A stretch of 64,000 bases of DNA from Tubiluchus corallicola (taxonomy: Eukaryota > Animalia > Priapulida), in NCBI GenBank assembly GCA_030141605.1, contig JAQGDQ010000451.1, forward strand, positions 62,001 to 126,000. Direction: 5' to 3'. The notes beneath the pieces are model-generated. The model worked only from the letters and a program-made list of their open reading frames with translations, ran no database searches and was not told the DNA's origin. The translations under genes and the position numbers were made by a program. Below are positions 25,401-39,900 of the stretch, piece after piece. How positions within the stretch are numbered: the stretch's first letter is position 1; every line of letters begins with the position of its first letter.

Positions 25401-28400
25401 GCTGTACACAACAGCACAGTATTTCAGTTTTCGCTTTTGTAAATGTACACATGCGAGACATACTTGGAAGAGTTCTGTCATTGGAGAATTGTACATAATG
25501 ATGATATCATCACTAGCTGAGCTTGTGGGCAGTTAATTAAGTTCCTGCACTAAATTTAATTATAAGAAACATTTTGGCAAATGTTACTGTGATTAGACCG
25601 TGATTATTGGGAAGTATTGCCTCTGAAATCATCCTGGTTTCCTAATATGTATGTTATAAAGCTTTTGTTTTTCAGAGCTATGCATTAACCAATCCCTCAT
25701 ACCCAACACTGTCAATTTATTCCACTGGACCAAAACTCTTCTGGTCATTTAATCCTATTCACTTATATAAGAATAATTAATTATTAAATAATGAGTATCG
25801 TTCCAGATGTTGAATTTCTGTAAATTTTAATGCTGCTAGTTTTGGCAGACTTATTATCGTGGTACTTGCACTATCTTATTGATATGATACTTGCACTATC
25901 TTAATGATATGATACTTGCACTATCTTATTGTACCATGTCACTATCTTATTGACATGGTGCTTACACTATCTTATTGACATGGTACTTGCACTATCTTAT
26001 TGACATGGTACTCGCACTATCTTATTGACATGGTACTTGCACTATCTTATTGACATGGTGCTTGCACTATCTTATTAACATGGTACTTGCACTATCTTAT
26101 TGACATGGTACTTGCACTATCTTATTGACATGGTACTCGCACTATCTTATTGTCATGGTGCTTGCACTATCTTATTGTCATGGTGCTTGCACTATCTTAT
26201 TGACATGGTACTTGCACTATCTTATTGACATGGTGCTTGCACTATCTTATTGACATGGTGCTTGCACTATCTTATTGACATGGTACTTGCACTATCTTAT
26301 TGACATGGTGCTTGCACTATCTTATTGACATGGTGCTTGCACTATCTTATTGACATGGTGCTTGCACTATCTTATTGACATGGTGCTTGCACTATCTTAT
26401 TGACATGGTGCTTGCACTATCGTACTTGGGTACTGCAGACTTTCTTCTCCTGTTCAGTTTTCAAATAGTTACCAGTGTTTACATTTTTTCAGTCGTAGAA
26501 AACATGTGTTGTCAAGGAAACACAATCGGCGGAAAATTTGAAGAGCTGCGGGATATTATTAGCCGCGTAAACGACAAAAGTCGCATTGGAGTTTGCCTGG
26601 ACACTTGTCATGCTTTTGCAGCGGGTAAGATTAACAGAAATTTTGCATTTTACTTCGTATCTGCTGCCTGTGTATCAAGCACACAGCATACATTTGAGAT
26701 TAAATAATTTTGGTTTTCCTAAGTACCTAAGACTGGTGTGTAAGGAGGGAAAACTATATTAGCGGGGTGAGTGGCTGAGTGATCAAGGAGTGTGCTTTGC
26801 GACTGAAGTTATACAACCTCAAAGTTGGTTAGTAAAAGGATGCCAGAGGATCACTAATTACTCCATGCAGTTTGTTTTTCGTTGTACCTATTCTGACTGT
26901 TAACTTTTTTTTGAAGGAACTAACATTTATATCAGTGTGGCTAAGACGACCTTATCATTCATATTAGAGGATGGTCCTTGATATGAGCCTCTTGGATTGT
27001 TATTGATCATTGATAATAATGCTCTTCCCCTGGGTATCCATATGAACTAGGCCCTGCCACTGTTAGCTCAATTCCAGCAAACTTTATAACAAAAAATCAT
27101 TTTGCTAGAGTACTTCCAAGGGTTCATTTTAACATGTCGGTTCTTTACTTTTGAACTATCAGCGCTATGTTTACAACAATCCAAGAGGACCCGAGGCCTT
27201 GAATTCTGCCACTCTGAAGAATGTGCTTAAACACTGGGTTTTTTAATAATTTTCTGCCGACTAACTTTTAGGTCACAACATTGCCAAAAAAGACGGTTAT
27301 GAACAAATGATGTCTGACTTTGACGATATTATCGGTCTGAAGTACCTCAAAGCTGTGCACCTGAATGATTCAAAAGGTATGGCTATCGGTCACAGAATGT
27401 CAAGTGATTCCACAAAAATATTTCGAAAATCTCCATTTCAGTGAACAGATTGCCTGCTTATTTTTTGTTGCTATCCTTTTTGTCATTTGTATACGCGGTC
27501 ACATTTATTTAGAACACGTTCTCAAAATGAGTGATGAAATTCAGTTCAAATTTGCTGAAAAAGTTGTTTGTGGCGGTGCTAGAATTAATGTGTTTATTAA
27601 AGGTCAAGGTCAGTGCTGTCAAAGCTATCGAACCGGACATGCCTTAAAGACATGTGGTGGAAATTTAACCGGTTTTTAACATAGGTAATGTTTTTTTCAC
27701 ATTCTGCTGCTTCTGCAGTTTCCAGTCAGAAACCCAGTTAAGTGGTCAAAGGTCACAATTGCTACGAGACCTAATTATGTTCACTAGTAAAGCTTAGAAA
27801 CAAACAATTAAGCTGTAACCAAATTTGACAGCGAAATTGTCTTAACAGTTATGTTGTCAAGAGTGTAGTTCATAAGTTGATGTAGGGATGTTTACTTTGC
27901 TATAATTTTGTTTAATTTTAACGTAAAGTTTGGTGACAGTTTGGAAGAAAATGGACAACTAATGTTCCGTCTTACTTGCAGCATTGTTGAATCCTAACTG
28001 CAAACTCTTTACATGTTTATCGTGGTGTTAATCATGGTGTTGATCTGAAGTAGAATGCTGTATTGCATGCGTAAAAGCTTTTTTTACTATAGGATAGTGA
28101 GTGAAGTAATTTAGTTGTACTGTTCATGTACCTTTATGCCAGCTATGGATTTAGATTAATTACTTGATCTTGTGCTTAACACAGATGTATTAATAGATTT
28201 TTTTTCTTAAACATCTATATCTTAACTGATTGACACTGAGCTCAATTCCCATTCGTAGTTTCTAATGTCATTCACATTTTACCAGATTCATAAATACCTC
28301 ACAGCATCGTTGATTGCCATTCATTGGAAGTGTTTATCTTGCAGGCAAGGTTGGCTGCCATCTGGACCGTCACGAGAACATTGGAAATGGTCACATAGGA

Positions 28401-28526
28401 CTGGACGGCTTCAGTTTTCTCATGAACGACCCAAGATTCGACAACATCCCGCTCATCTTGGAGACTCCAGCAAATCTCAGCGACGAGGACGAGATTCACA
28501 TACTGTATGCACTCTGTGACAGTTAA
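22419..28526 (+). CDS. APN1: Endonuclease IV (APN1/Nfo-family AP endonuclease) with long basic N-terminal extension; 6 coding exons, ~491 aa
   Basis: Exons 22419-23082, 23953-24126, 25048-25266, 26493-26624, 27272-27376, 28345-28526; all introns GT-AG and phase 1; total 1476 nt. Motifs [54 protein letters not shown] supply the nine Zn ligands of endonuclease IV. Confidence 0.94.
25860..26421. repeat. 25-bp minisatellite, ~22 copies, in an endonuclease IV intron
   Basis: Unit CTTGCACTATCTTATTGACATGGT(G/A), head to tail with no spacers. Confidence 0.95.
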
Positions 28527-30940
28527 GAGACCCATCACAAGAGACACAACGGCTTCACATTCGGCTTGTTAAGAGCAGATCTGAATTTGCTAATGAGGGG
28601 CGTAAACATGTGTCAACATCGCATATTGCAAAATACCATTATCCTCATAGACTATATTGCAGTGTCTCACAATGGCAAAAATCATGTATATGTCATGTCT
28701 AGGGTTCATGTCTTGGCTGAGCTGCAAATTTCTTATATTTGGTTGCCTTATTGCCTGTATACAAACATGCCTATATTGATTGCTGAGTTATCAATCACAA
28801 ACATGCCTATATTGATTGCTGAGTTATCAATCTTCACAACATAACTGTTCAGACAATTTCTTTATCAAATTTGGTTATAGCTCATATGGTCATTTCTGAG
28901 CTTTACCAGTGAGCAGAACTTTTAAGCATGGGAGAAAAAGATCACTAATAATGCATTTTTATGCATCTTCTGGCAATCTAGACACTTGAGTAGTTTTCAA
29001 ATGGTGTTTTTTTATTATAAAAATCATTTTTTGTGCTTTAAGTGCAGAACTGCTACTTCTCAAATGCACTCAGTTCTCGTGTGCTTTTGCATGGTCTTGT
29101 GTTATATAATTGTTTACATTAAATGACATGCATTCTTTTAATTGTCTTGTGTTAGAAAGGCTGGCATAGCTAAAACGTATTTTTGTCATGTCTCGAGTTA
29201 TTGCATTGAAATTTTGTTGAGTTCTTAAACCTTTTGCAATATCATATTGAGAGCACGTAATATTTATGATACAAGAAAACCACGAGCATTGGTTGCTGGA
29301 AAATCCGTCTATTGCTTATTGTTTTCTCCAATTTCTATAGTATTACTAGTTTCTTCATTTATAGTTCAACTTATTAGTTTTTGTATATTGGGTTTTCCAT
29401 CTTGGTCCATCTTACGCATTTCATTTCAAAGTTCACAAATGAACAACTCTCACTGATTTTATCTTATCAGTCAGCTACGTATTTACCAGATGTACTCGTT
29501 GAATGCTAGATCTTATGCTCTACCATCACTATGCCCTACTTTAAGATGCCATTTTGTAGCATGTGTTTACTATACTAAGTCACTACACTATAACTGCACT
29601 GTGAAGCCAGAGTTTATGTTTGAAACATTATTCAATAAGTATTATAGTTTTGTTTGAATTTGTCAGTTAATTTGTACTACCTTAAAATAAAACAATGTAG
29701 TCTTTATACAGATGCATTGCTGTTTTTGCTACTGATTGTAGTGTGCCATTTTCACAAAAAATACGCAAAAGTTAACATTAAAATGCTGTTTGTAATTTCA
29801 CCTATAAGAACTTTGTTAGAGTTTTACATTTAAGCACAACATATGTAAGTTGATTACTTGATATTATGCAGAAATCAAATGTATAGCAACTTAAACTTCA
29901 TGCCTCTCACAAGCAACACCACAACTGATAATTATTGCAGTTTTTTAAACAATTCATTTTGAGATTGGATTACAATAAGCAGTATATTTGATGTTGCACA
30001 TATGCACAATACACAAGCAGTCGAAAGTTCTGCATGGATTATATTGCCAGCTTTAAAATTTTGGTAAGTCCACGACCTGTGCAACATAACCTTTTGCTAG
30101 AGATTGGTGAATAAGACTGTTGGGGTGCAATGCATTGTTTATTACATCACAATGTTGCTCTATGTCACAATGAAGAACCTCTATTATGCCTGTAATGTTA
30201 AGTGAGAAAGCATCGAATAAACCTGCATTATTGAGAGGTATCATCAGAGATTCTCAGAACATGCAGTGTCAAACCCAAGATCCTCCAACGCATCTTGAAA
30301 ATATCTCCCAAACTTGTCTGTTGAATACTTGTCAATGGCACATAATGCATGTTCTTGGGTCAAGTTACCTTTCATTATCTTTTTCAAGATGTGCCTCAAA
30401 TATGTTTTCAGCGGGGTTGATGTCCATTGAATTTCCTGGTCGTTTATTTCGGTTTACTATTGTCGTACCTTGCAAGTTTGCAACGCGAAGCTTCCACATT
30501 AAAAATTAATGTTGATAACAAAGTAGATTCTCTATTGTTTTAGTGCTACTTTCATGTAATTATATATTTCTGTACAATTACTTGTTGTTTTTGCACTCGC
30601 TAGCAAAATATTGTTTCACCCTGTTCTAGTTCTCTAAACGTTCTGTTCCTGTAATAGTTAACTGAAAGTCAGGATGGGTTTAAGACAAATTCTTGTTTAA
30701 ATATGCAATAAAAATGTTATATAGACTACCCAAGGACAGTAAGATGCCTCACTGTGAAATTTGTGAGATTCTCCAGAGGGGCTTTCAAGTTGCAATGCAC
30801 GTTGTGCAGGCACGTTTGTCAACAAAGCTGGACGTGCACTCGCTTGTGAGAATTCGATCGACTTGCGATCGTCGTTTTAGAGTAGAGGAAAAGCTTGTTA
30901 ATATATTATAATTCTTATTTTTTGTAAAATACGTCGAGGT

Positions 30941-33900
30941 ATGGCAAGCTCGAGCTTTGCAGATGATTTAGTAAAAGAATACTTGTTATTTCGAGGTCTA
31001 ACCACATCATTGAAGAGTTTTGATGCAGAACTAAAGTCAGAAAAAGACAAAGGTTTTCGAGTAGGTTAAATAAGTATTGAAATTATTAGTTACTATAGTC
31101 CTATGTGCCCTAGAAATATTTAATAAAATTTTTTTCCATAAAACTTTAAAAATAGTAATATTTTGGGTGACTTTCAATGCACTGGCAGCTGGACACTTTT
31201 GACAATCCAACATACTTTATTAACGAATTTTTGTTTATTAAATAAATACCTCAATTGTATAGATTCAGTGATCTCATATAGTTACATTAAATTTATTATT
31301 AATCATTCTGAAATTCAGTTTAAGTTTATACTGGTTACAGTTTTACACCAAACTTTGGCACCTAGCTGGCTGCTTTGTTCACGTGATACGGTAAACTAAA
31401 ATATTTAATAATAATCTCTAGATTTTTCTAATTATTTAGCGTGTTTAAATTGCACACAACAACAAAGTGTTTGTTAACTTTGAATTTGCATTTAAACTGC
31501 TCGTTCTGGCCTGAGTAAGTCATTATAATGTGCTTCATTGTTTACATGCTAGCCTATAGAACCTTTGCAACCAATTTTCTGCTTAAAGAAATTTGTGGAC
31601 AAGAGAAATTGAATTTCATACATTAAATTTAAAATAATAAATATTTTTAATTTTTTCCAGAATGAAGGTGCTTAGCTTATGCTTTCTTTTTACAGATAGA
31701 CAAAATAATAAGTCAATTGAATGAACTCGTTAGCAATCATGAATTGAATGCATTGCAAGAGTATTGGGCGCACCTCGATTCCAGGCTCTTTTCACGGCTA
31801 CCTCATGTAAGTGCTTGACATATTTATGTTTGTTTCCATTTAATTTGGAAGCAGTAAATTAAGCACCTGGTTTTTTGCATAACTGTTCTCAGTGCATAGT
31901 ACGTTGATGGTACTGCAAATTATATTGTAGAACTTCAGGAAGCTATGCAATTGACATCTACTTAAAGTGACTCAGGAAGTTGAAAGCTATTCTATTCTTA
32001 CTACTGAATTGAATTAGAGCAAAATGCTAATTAAACCCTGCTATAATTAGTTAATTCCATTATGTTCTACTTATTGGCCTTCTAAGACTTATCAAATCAA
32101 ATTATTTTGCTAAACTTTCAAACTATGCTCTAGTATATTGATTTGGCAAAATAAACTATTAGATTTTGATATAAATACCAAACAAATGTTTTGTCAAATT
32201 TCTTCATAAAACCATGCTGGTGTTAAACTTTTGCAAATTTATGACTAGATTGCAGATTTTAGTTTAAAGTTTCAGTATTTCATTATTGTAATTTGCTTGC
32301 AGACAAAGTTCTAGTAGTTACATCTCATATACAGCCTGTTAGTATCAGGTGCGGTAACTATTAGCAAACTTGGATTATTAGTGTAACATGTTAAGCTACC
32401 GTAATCACCACTTACACTTTGTATTGTCACTTATCAGAAGTAAGGATTAGACTTAATACCTACAGTTTGAATATATTCAATCAAAAACATGCGACAGTAA
32501 TCTAATACAAAATTTTAAGTTGACTCTTTTTGATTTCAAAATGTCTTAATAATTTAATTTCAGAGATTCTCTGCTACGGTGAGAAAGTTAGAGGTGAGCT
32601 TGTTTCGGCTGTATCTCGTTAACGTTTGCGTGAATGAGAGAGCGGACAGAATGACGGAGTTTTTTCAGAAAATGACACCAGAACTTCAAAATCAAGCTGA
32701 ATGGAAAGAGTGGTTTGGTGTGTATGCTTCCCGTTTAGCTGTTTGTCTGTAACTTGATGGCTATGTGTTCGTTTGTAACTGCGAGAGACTACTATTTCAT
32801 GATGCCCAAAGTCAAAAAATTCATGTTTGAGTAGCTTTATTACGTTTTATCTGTAAGAAAAATCATAACAAAATATAAAAAACTAATTTGAGCCAAAAAA
32901 GAAACAAAGAAATTAATAATAAAGTGAGACTGAATAATCAAAATAAACTTACATCATGGCTCTGCTGCTCTTGACAAATAAATGGTTTAACTGAGACAAA
33001 CAACAACAACAACAACTCTCTTAGCCAAGAACAGACTACCAACAGACCAGATAAACTAGCTCTGTCAGTAGAGCATGACAAAAAGAAGCCAAGTCAAGAC
33101 ATACATACGAATGCAGTTAAAAAGGACAGTATAGGGGGTTTACAGAATGGGAGAACACTGAAGTAATAAAATAACCTAAAATCCTTCACAATAACTTTGG
33201 CTGCCGTGGTTTTCAACGTGGTTTAATTTCATCCCTGGAAAAAATTTGTATCAGTTTTTTTCTTCACATGTGATGAAGTGATTTTTAGGAGCCAAATGTT
33301 TGTCACTTTAAAAGCATCTTAGTAGAAAACATTCTATTTAGGTGGGAATCAAAGTTTAATTAAAAGATAATAACACCAACGAACAGCAAATGTAGCCATA
33401 AAATTTATTCTGGGCATTTCAGCTATCCTTGCAGCCAATCTCAGCAGATCAAAACTTATAAAAAAATATTTTAGAAATTAAAATTATAAGGCACAAAGTG
33501 TACAATAGTTAGAAAACTTATAATAAATAATATTTCTATTCTTCATTGTATTATTACTTATTAGTATTCAAACCATTGTACAGTATACTTATAATTTCAC
33601 TTTCTAAATCAGACCCAATTTGCTTTTGTTTGTAAATTTCGTTCAGCTTAGGAAGGCACTCCTAGGACACTGCAAAATGTAATGTTTGTGTTCACATGTT
33701 AAAACTGAAGATTTTTCCTTTATGTGATTCTAAATCTGCATTTGCGCTATGTTCTGAGATGCATACAGTACTCTCACAATATTAACACATTGCGAAATAT
33801 GACCCAGTAGACACATATCAAATCTATCCAAGTTGTCTGTCCAAGCATATTAAGAATAGCTATTTTTTGGTTTATTAATTTTATACTTCCAGCAAGTGGT

Positions 33901-36900
33901 TTCATTTCATCTTTATTAACTTGTCACATTGCAGCTTTGCCGTACGTCAAAAAGCCGGAAGAGAATCCGACATTTGCCACGTACTTCACACGTCACTGGC
34001 AAGACATGTTCTGGTTATCGTTGTTCAACTTTCTCAGCGTTCTCTTCGAATGTCTGCCGACGCCGAGGCTTCTCGGTACTGAAGCTGAGCAGAAAAAGAT
34101 TAAGGAATTAATAGAGGAAAATGAGAAGCTACGTGAACAGGTACAGCGATTGATTATTTGTTATTTCATTTTTTTTTTTATGATTTTTAGATATTTTTAC
34201 ACTATTCACACTAGATAAATGCCAAGATTTTGGGTTTAGGATTTTTAAATTTTGGTTCAGAAACCAGGTAAAATTTTTACACTAGTTACAAATAACATAG
34301 TTTGAATTGAGTTTGGATTACCATTAAATGGTGAACATTCTTGGTCTGCACATAGTGTGAACAATAAAAACTGCAGAAGATACGTGGTGCATGTGAACGG
34401 GCATAAAGCTATTTCTAATACTTGTTAAATGTTTAACTTTAAGTGCGGTATTAGAGTGCCTCTAATGTTTGAGGCAACAATTTGATATTGGCTTCTCCTA
34501 ATATATTTCTTGCTAGATGGCAGCACAAGTATTGTGCTGACCATCATCATCCTTTGCTGTTCCAAGCATGCTGCTTTATAACCTATAAATCCTATTTGTG
34601 AATAATTAAATTAATGTTTATATTTAAAAATTTTGCAGCTAGCGTTGGCCAGAGAAGGGAAGCGTACTCACGTAAGCGGAGATACGCGTTCAGAAGACAG
34701 TTCTGTACCAGAGTTAATGGATGATTTCTTTTGCATAGCTAAGTAAGTAGCTAAATTTTTTGTTGCAGTGAGTCGTGCTTTTGTACAAGGATTACAGATG
34801 GTGTGAAGACTTACACTTCGGGTACTGCCACACAAACACACTGAAAGTTGAAAAATGCACTTTGAGAAGTTTTTCAAAAGAACGATAATGAAAGGAAACT
34901 TTATATTATTTTTTTTACAAATAGTTTTTTATTTCTCGTGGATTTCACGCATACTGTCTTATCCACCATTATGTTAAATGTGTTCTTGAAACGTATTGAT
35001 TTTTTCCTAGAGAATCGTCGCCCATGTTCGCTGCAGATCAGAAAGGTCGCATCAAGTCTTTCATAAAAAATATCACACTACCGTCATCACCAATGTTAGG
35101 AAAAAAGCCGTCTCCGAGCAGCGTACCTTCGATGCAACCCGGTGCTTCCGGACCGAGTAATGTGAGTAGGTGTGCTTTAATCTTTAGTTATTACACGCAA
35201 CACCAGATGGAGCAGCGTACCTTCGATGCAACCGGGCTTCCGGACAGAGTAATGTGAGTAGGTGTACTTTAATCTTTAGTTATTACACGCAACACCAGAT
35301 GGAGCAGCGTACCTTCAATGCAACCCAGGGCTTCTGGACAGAGTAATGTGAGTAGGTGTACTTTAATCTTTAGTTATTACACGCAACACCAGATGGAGCA
35401 GCTTCGCATCGTAGGATAAAAATCTAAATAACTAATATTTATCATTGTCATGTCGTAAGTGTGATTATTTGTAGTTCATATGTGAATGTTGATAGATTTG
35501 AAATTTCATTAGTGAGTTCAAGTCTGAGTTACCATGTTCTAATACATTCATTAATGATGAGATAACTCTTATCTGAGTAATCACATTCTAATACATTCAT
35601 TAATGATATGATAACTCTTATCTGAGTAATCACATTCTAATGCATTCATTAATGATGAGATAACTCTTATGGTATATTGTTACAGATACCTAAAAAATCT
35701 AGTCAAACTTCCTTGGTAACCATTGGGGATGAAAAACAGTCATCAGTTGTGAGTGGGAAAGGAAAGGGGAAGGAATCGGTGCTGCAATCTTCACAACCAG
35801 CAAAGCCCAAATCAAAATCCAACGTTCCCGTACCTTCAGGTTTCTGATTTGTAATTGTTTAAATATGTGAAGGAAATATGTGTATGTTGTTTATTTATAT
35901 AAAGAATTCTTAAAGGAGAAGAAAAGGCTATTTTAAAGTGTTGTAAATTATTTATTTAAATTTGATTATATATTGTATATCTTAAAGGCTATTTTATATT
36001 TCCATAGAAAGTTATTACTTAGTATTACGTTTACCTGTTTGAAAGTCTTACCTAATTAGAAAAGAAAATTCTTAATAACTTAAAATATTCTTGCTAACTG
36101 GGATTAAACATCACTGCTTCTCTATCCCAGTGTACACAATTGATTTTACTGACAACATAAAAAAATGTAAATTTTTGCTTAGTTAGCCGAGAGTGTGGTA
36201 CGAATGCACTGGTTATTTTTTCAAACGTTACACATTGTTATATAAACGTGTTTCAAACAACCTAACATCAAAATGGCTGCACCCAACGATCATCTCACGA
36301 GTTCAAATTTTCAAGTTTTATACATCGTTACTGCTAACACAAGCTCTTTATGCAATAAAACAGCATTTAAGTGATATAGAATTTCAAGATGAATTTCCTT
36401 AATTCATGTAAATAAAAGGTTTTCTTGTACTTTAATGTAGTTTAAAGTGAGAGCAAAACAACATATGAAGCAATACCTTTACCACTGCTTCGTTGTTACA
36501 ACCAGTAACATGAGCACTGTTAATTTTTGCCTGTCAGCTATTGTAGACATTAGTGATAGCGATGTCGAATGATATTTACTAACTGAACAGATTTTGAATG
36601 AAAAAAATCACTTTGTTCAATAATTTGGAAAGACATAATTCATTTTTCTGGCTATTCTTGTGCAAGTGTATAACCTTGGCTGCAATCTTGTGCTGTTTGT
36701 GCTAATTTCAGAAGCTATTACTACACTATCATTAATGATTAAAACTAATATCAGTCCCTATCATACCTATGTTACTTTTTGTACTGTTTACATTTAGAAT
36801 ATTATTAATAGACGAAGTACCAGAACAAAGACAATCACAGATATGTCCTACAAATCATATCAAAATGTCCAAAATTTTCTAGCTCTAATAACTTGCTTCG

Positions 36901-39900
36901 TTATCAGACATACAAATTTTATCACTTAATTTTTCGCCTATAGCTTCCCAATTGTGTCCCCGTAGTTCTGCGCATGTCTTCACTCTCATTTTAAATATAG
37001 ATCGTATGAGACCCTAGTTATACTGCCATCATTAGCAACTTTCTGGGTATAGGCCGTCTCTGTCAATAACATGTTCTTAACGTTTCAAAAGTCAAGTATA
37101 TCCTGATAATAACATGCCCGAGCTTACGAGTTTCTATGGAAATGTAGCAAAAATCATAATTTAGTTCCCAAAAATATAAACTTCACAAAAAAATACGGGT
37201 CTCATAGAAAGTCATGGTTACCAATAAACATTACTACTAGCTACATTCGCAGCCGACAATGCAAGCAGAAAACTACCAGATGATACCATATAGAATACAA
37301 GTGCTGACATTGTCTGTGTTGCAGGACCTACATCGGTGTTTGTGAAAACCACGACTGCTGTCAGTGCCGAGCAGAACGTGCAGAGACCCACTTCTGCTGA
37401 GAAGGACAAAAATAAGCAGCGGGACAGCAAGCAACAGAGAATTCAACGTGAACAGCAAGAGAGAGAGAAGCAACGCAAGGAGCTTCTCGGAGATGCTGAT
37501 TACAGGAACGACTCGCAGGCAAAAGTTGGTTCCAGTTGCATTATTTTGTCTGTGAATGTTCTTTTGTTGGTTTTGTTAAGCAATTTTTTTACTACGTGTG
37601 TCTTCTTGCTAAGAAATATGATGCAAAACTCCTCTTGACAACTCAAATTTGTACAAAAGTTTGTGCTTTAGTACAAGATAGGAATGAGACGAAGCTTAAA
37701 TTTCCGAAACTGAATCTGAAGCTCACGCTTTTTCATTTTGTCAAAATCGAACCGAATCCGAATTTTGTAATCTAATATCAGTTACGTTTTCCATTTTTTG
37801 GATCAGCTGCGAGTTAGTTACAATGGATGTTATAAGTTTTGTTGAGATGTAAGGGTTTTGCTAAGCACAGTAAAGTTTCTTAATTCAGATTTAGTTTTTG
37901 GCTTAGTTCATCATCAGCTTGCTTTGATCTTTATCTATTGTCATCTAGAAAATATTACTACATCTATACAAAATGTGCATGATATTGTGTACAAAGAATT
38001 CAGGTGTATTTTATGACTGCACTTTCTTATTTTACACTAAATTAAATTTTAAAAAGTGAAAAGGAAGTTGAACACAATGCCTGCTGAAAAATCGTCTTTG
38101 TTTAGTAGCACGATAACCGAAACGTTAAAGTTAATTGTTGAGTTATGCCACTGTTAAAAATAGTGTCAGCTTGGCATTGATTTGACGACTTTTACAAAGA
38201 TTTGCGATCATGTTAATGGTGTCAATATGGCGAAGCTCACATTGCAAAATTTAACTTTTTTTAGAGGGGAAGTAAATGTTACAGCATTAATTGGCAGTGA
38301 ATTTGCTCCCTACATGGAACAAATATGACTTATGAAGACTTCCTCGCATTTTTTATGGAACCTAAATCGGATCCAAAGGAGTTAAAGTTAAACCGCGTTG
38401 GATTTGAATCGGAGCTTTTTGGAAACCAAAGTTCTGGAGTAGCGAAGCTTTGTCCCTTCCCGGAGTAACGAAGTTGTGTCCCATCCTGGAGTAGCGAAGC
38501 TTTGTCCCTTCCCCTTTGCAAGGCTTTGAGCTTTAAACTCTGTACCAGAATTGAAGTGCAGAAAATTATCTTTATGGACTGATTTTGTGCTAAGTGATCG
38601 TGACAAACTTTCTTCAATAACTTTCTTCAATTTAATTACTAATTTTAAAAATTTCTGCTTTAGGAGGACAGACTAGGACAAACACCATCGGCTAACAACT
38701 CCAATAACATAGGTAAGCGTGATTGTTAGTCAAAATTACGTATATTTATATTACTGATACTGTACGGGTTTGATTTTAATATGTGCAAAACTGCTATAAA
38801 GGCCTGTTTTAAAACTATTGAACTGATATTGAAAATCATTACTACATTGCTTATGGTATTTTGTAATTCGGTATGTCAATAATTTACTGTAGTATGAATA
38901 TTATTTGATTGACATTTTCATTTTTCAACATAGTTTTTTCCAACCAGTGAATTTTCTACTCAGCTTAGACCTTTTCAATTATTTTTCATAAAATTTCTTA
39001 AGTTTCCTTGCCTTAGAAAAACTTTTCCTGGCAGTGCGAATGATTATGACGGAATAGTGAAGCAAGTTCTGTACATTTGTTTATACTGTTTCCAATCCTT
39101 TTGAATGTAAATGATTATGACGGAATAGTGAAATATGTTCTGTACATTTGTTTATACTGTTTCCAAACTTTTTGAATGCGAATGATTATGACGGAATAGT
39201 GAAGTAAGTTCTGTACATTTGTTTATACTGTTTCCAAACTTTTTGAATGCGAATGATTATGACGGAATAGTGAAGTAAGTTCTGTACATTTGTTTATACT
39301 GTTTCCAAACCTTTTGAATGCGAATGATTATGACGGAATAGTGAAATATGTTCTGTACGTTTGTTTATACTGTTTCCAAACTTTTTGAATGCGAATGATT
39401 ATGACGGAATAGTGAAGTAAGTTCTGTACATTTGTTTATACTGTTTCCAAACTTTTTGAATGCGAATGATTATGACGGAATAGTGAAGTAAGTTCTGTAC
39501 ATTTGTTTATACTGTTTCCAAACTTTTTGAATGCGAATGATTATGACGGAATAGTGAAGTAAGTTCTGTACATTTGTTTATACTGTTTCCAAACCTTTTG
39601 AATGCGAATGATTATGACGGAATAGTGAAATATGTTCTGTACATTTGTTTATACTGTTTCAGTCCTTTTGAATGCAAATGATTATGACAGAATAGTGAAG
39701 CAAGTTCTGTACATTTGTTTATACTGTTTCCAAACATTTTGAATGCGAATGATTATGACGGAATAGTGAAGTAAGTTCTGTACATTTGTTTATACTGTTT
39801 CCAAACATTTTGAATGCGAATGATTATGACGGAATAGTGAAGTAAGTTCTGTACGTTTGTTTATACTGTTTCCAATCCTTTTGAATGCGAATGATTATGA

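Noticed and set aside
25860-26421. CRISPR-like short repeats
   Set aside because: No spacers; ordinary minisatellite.
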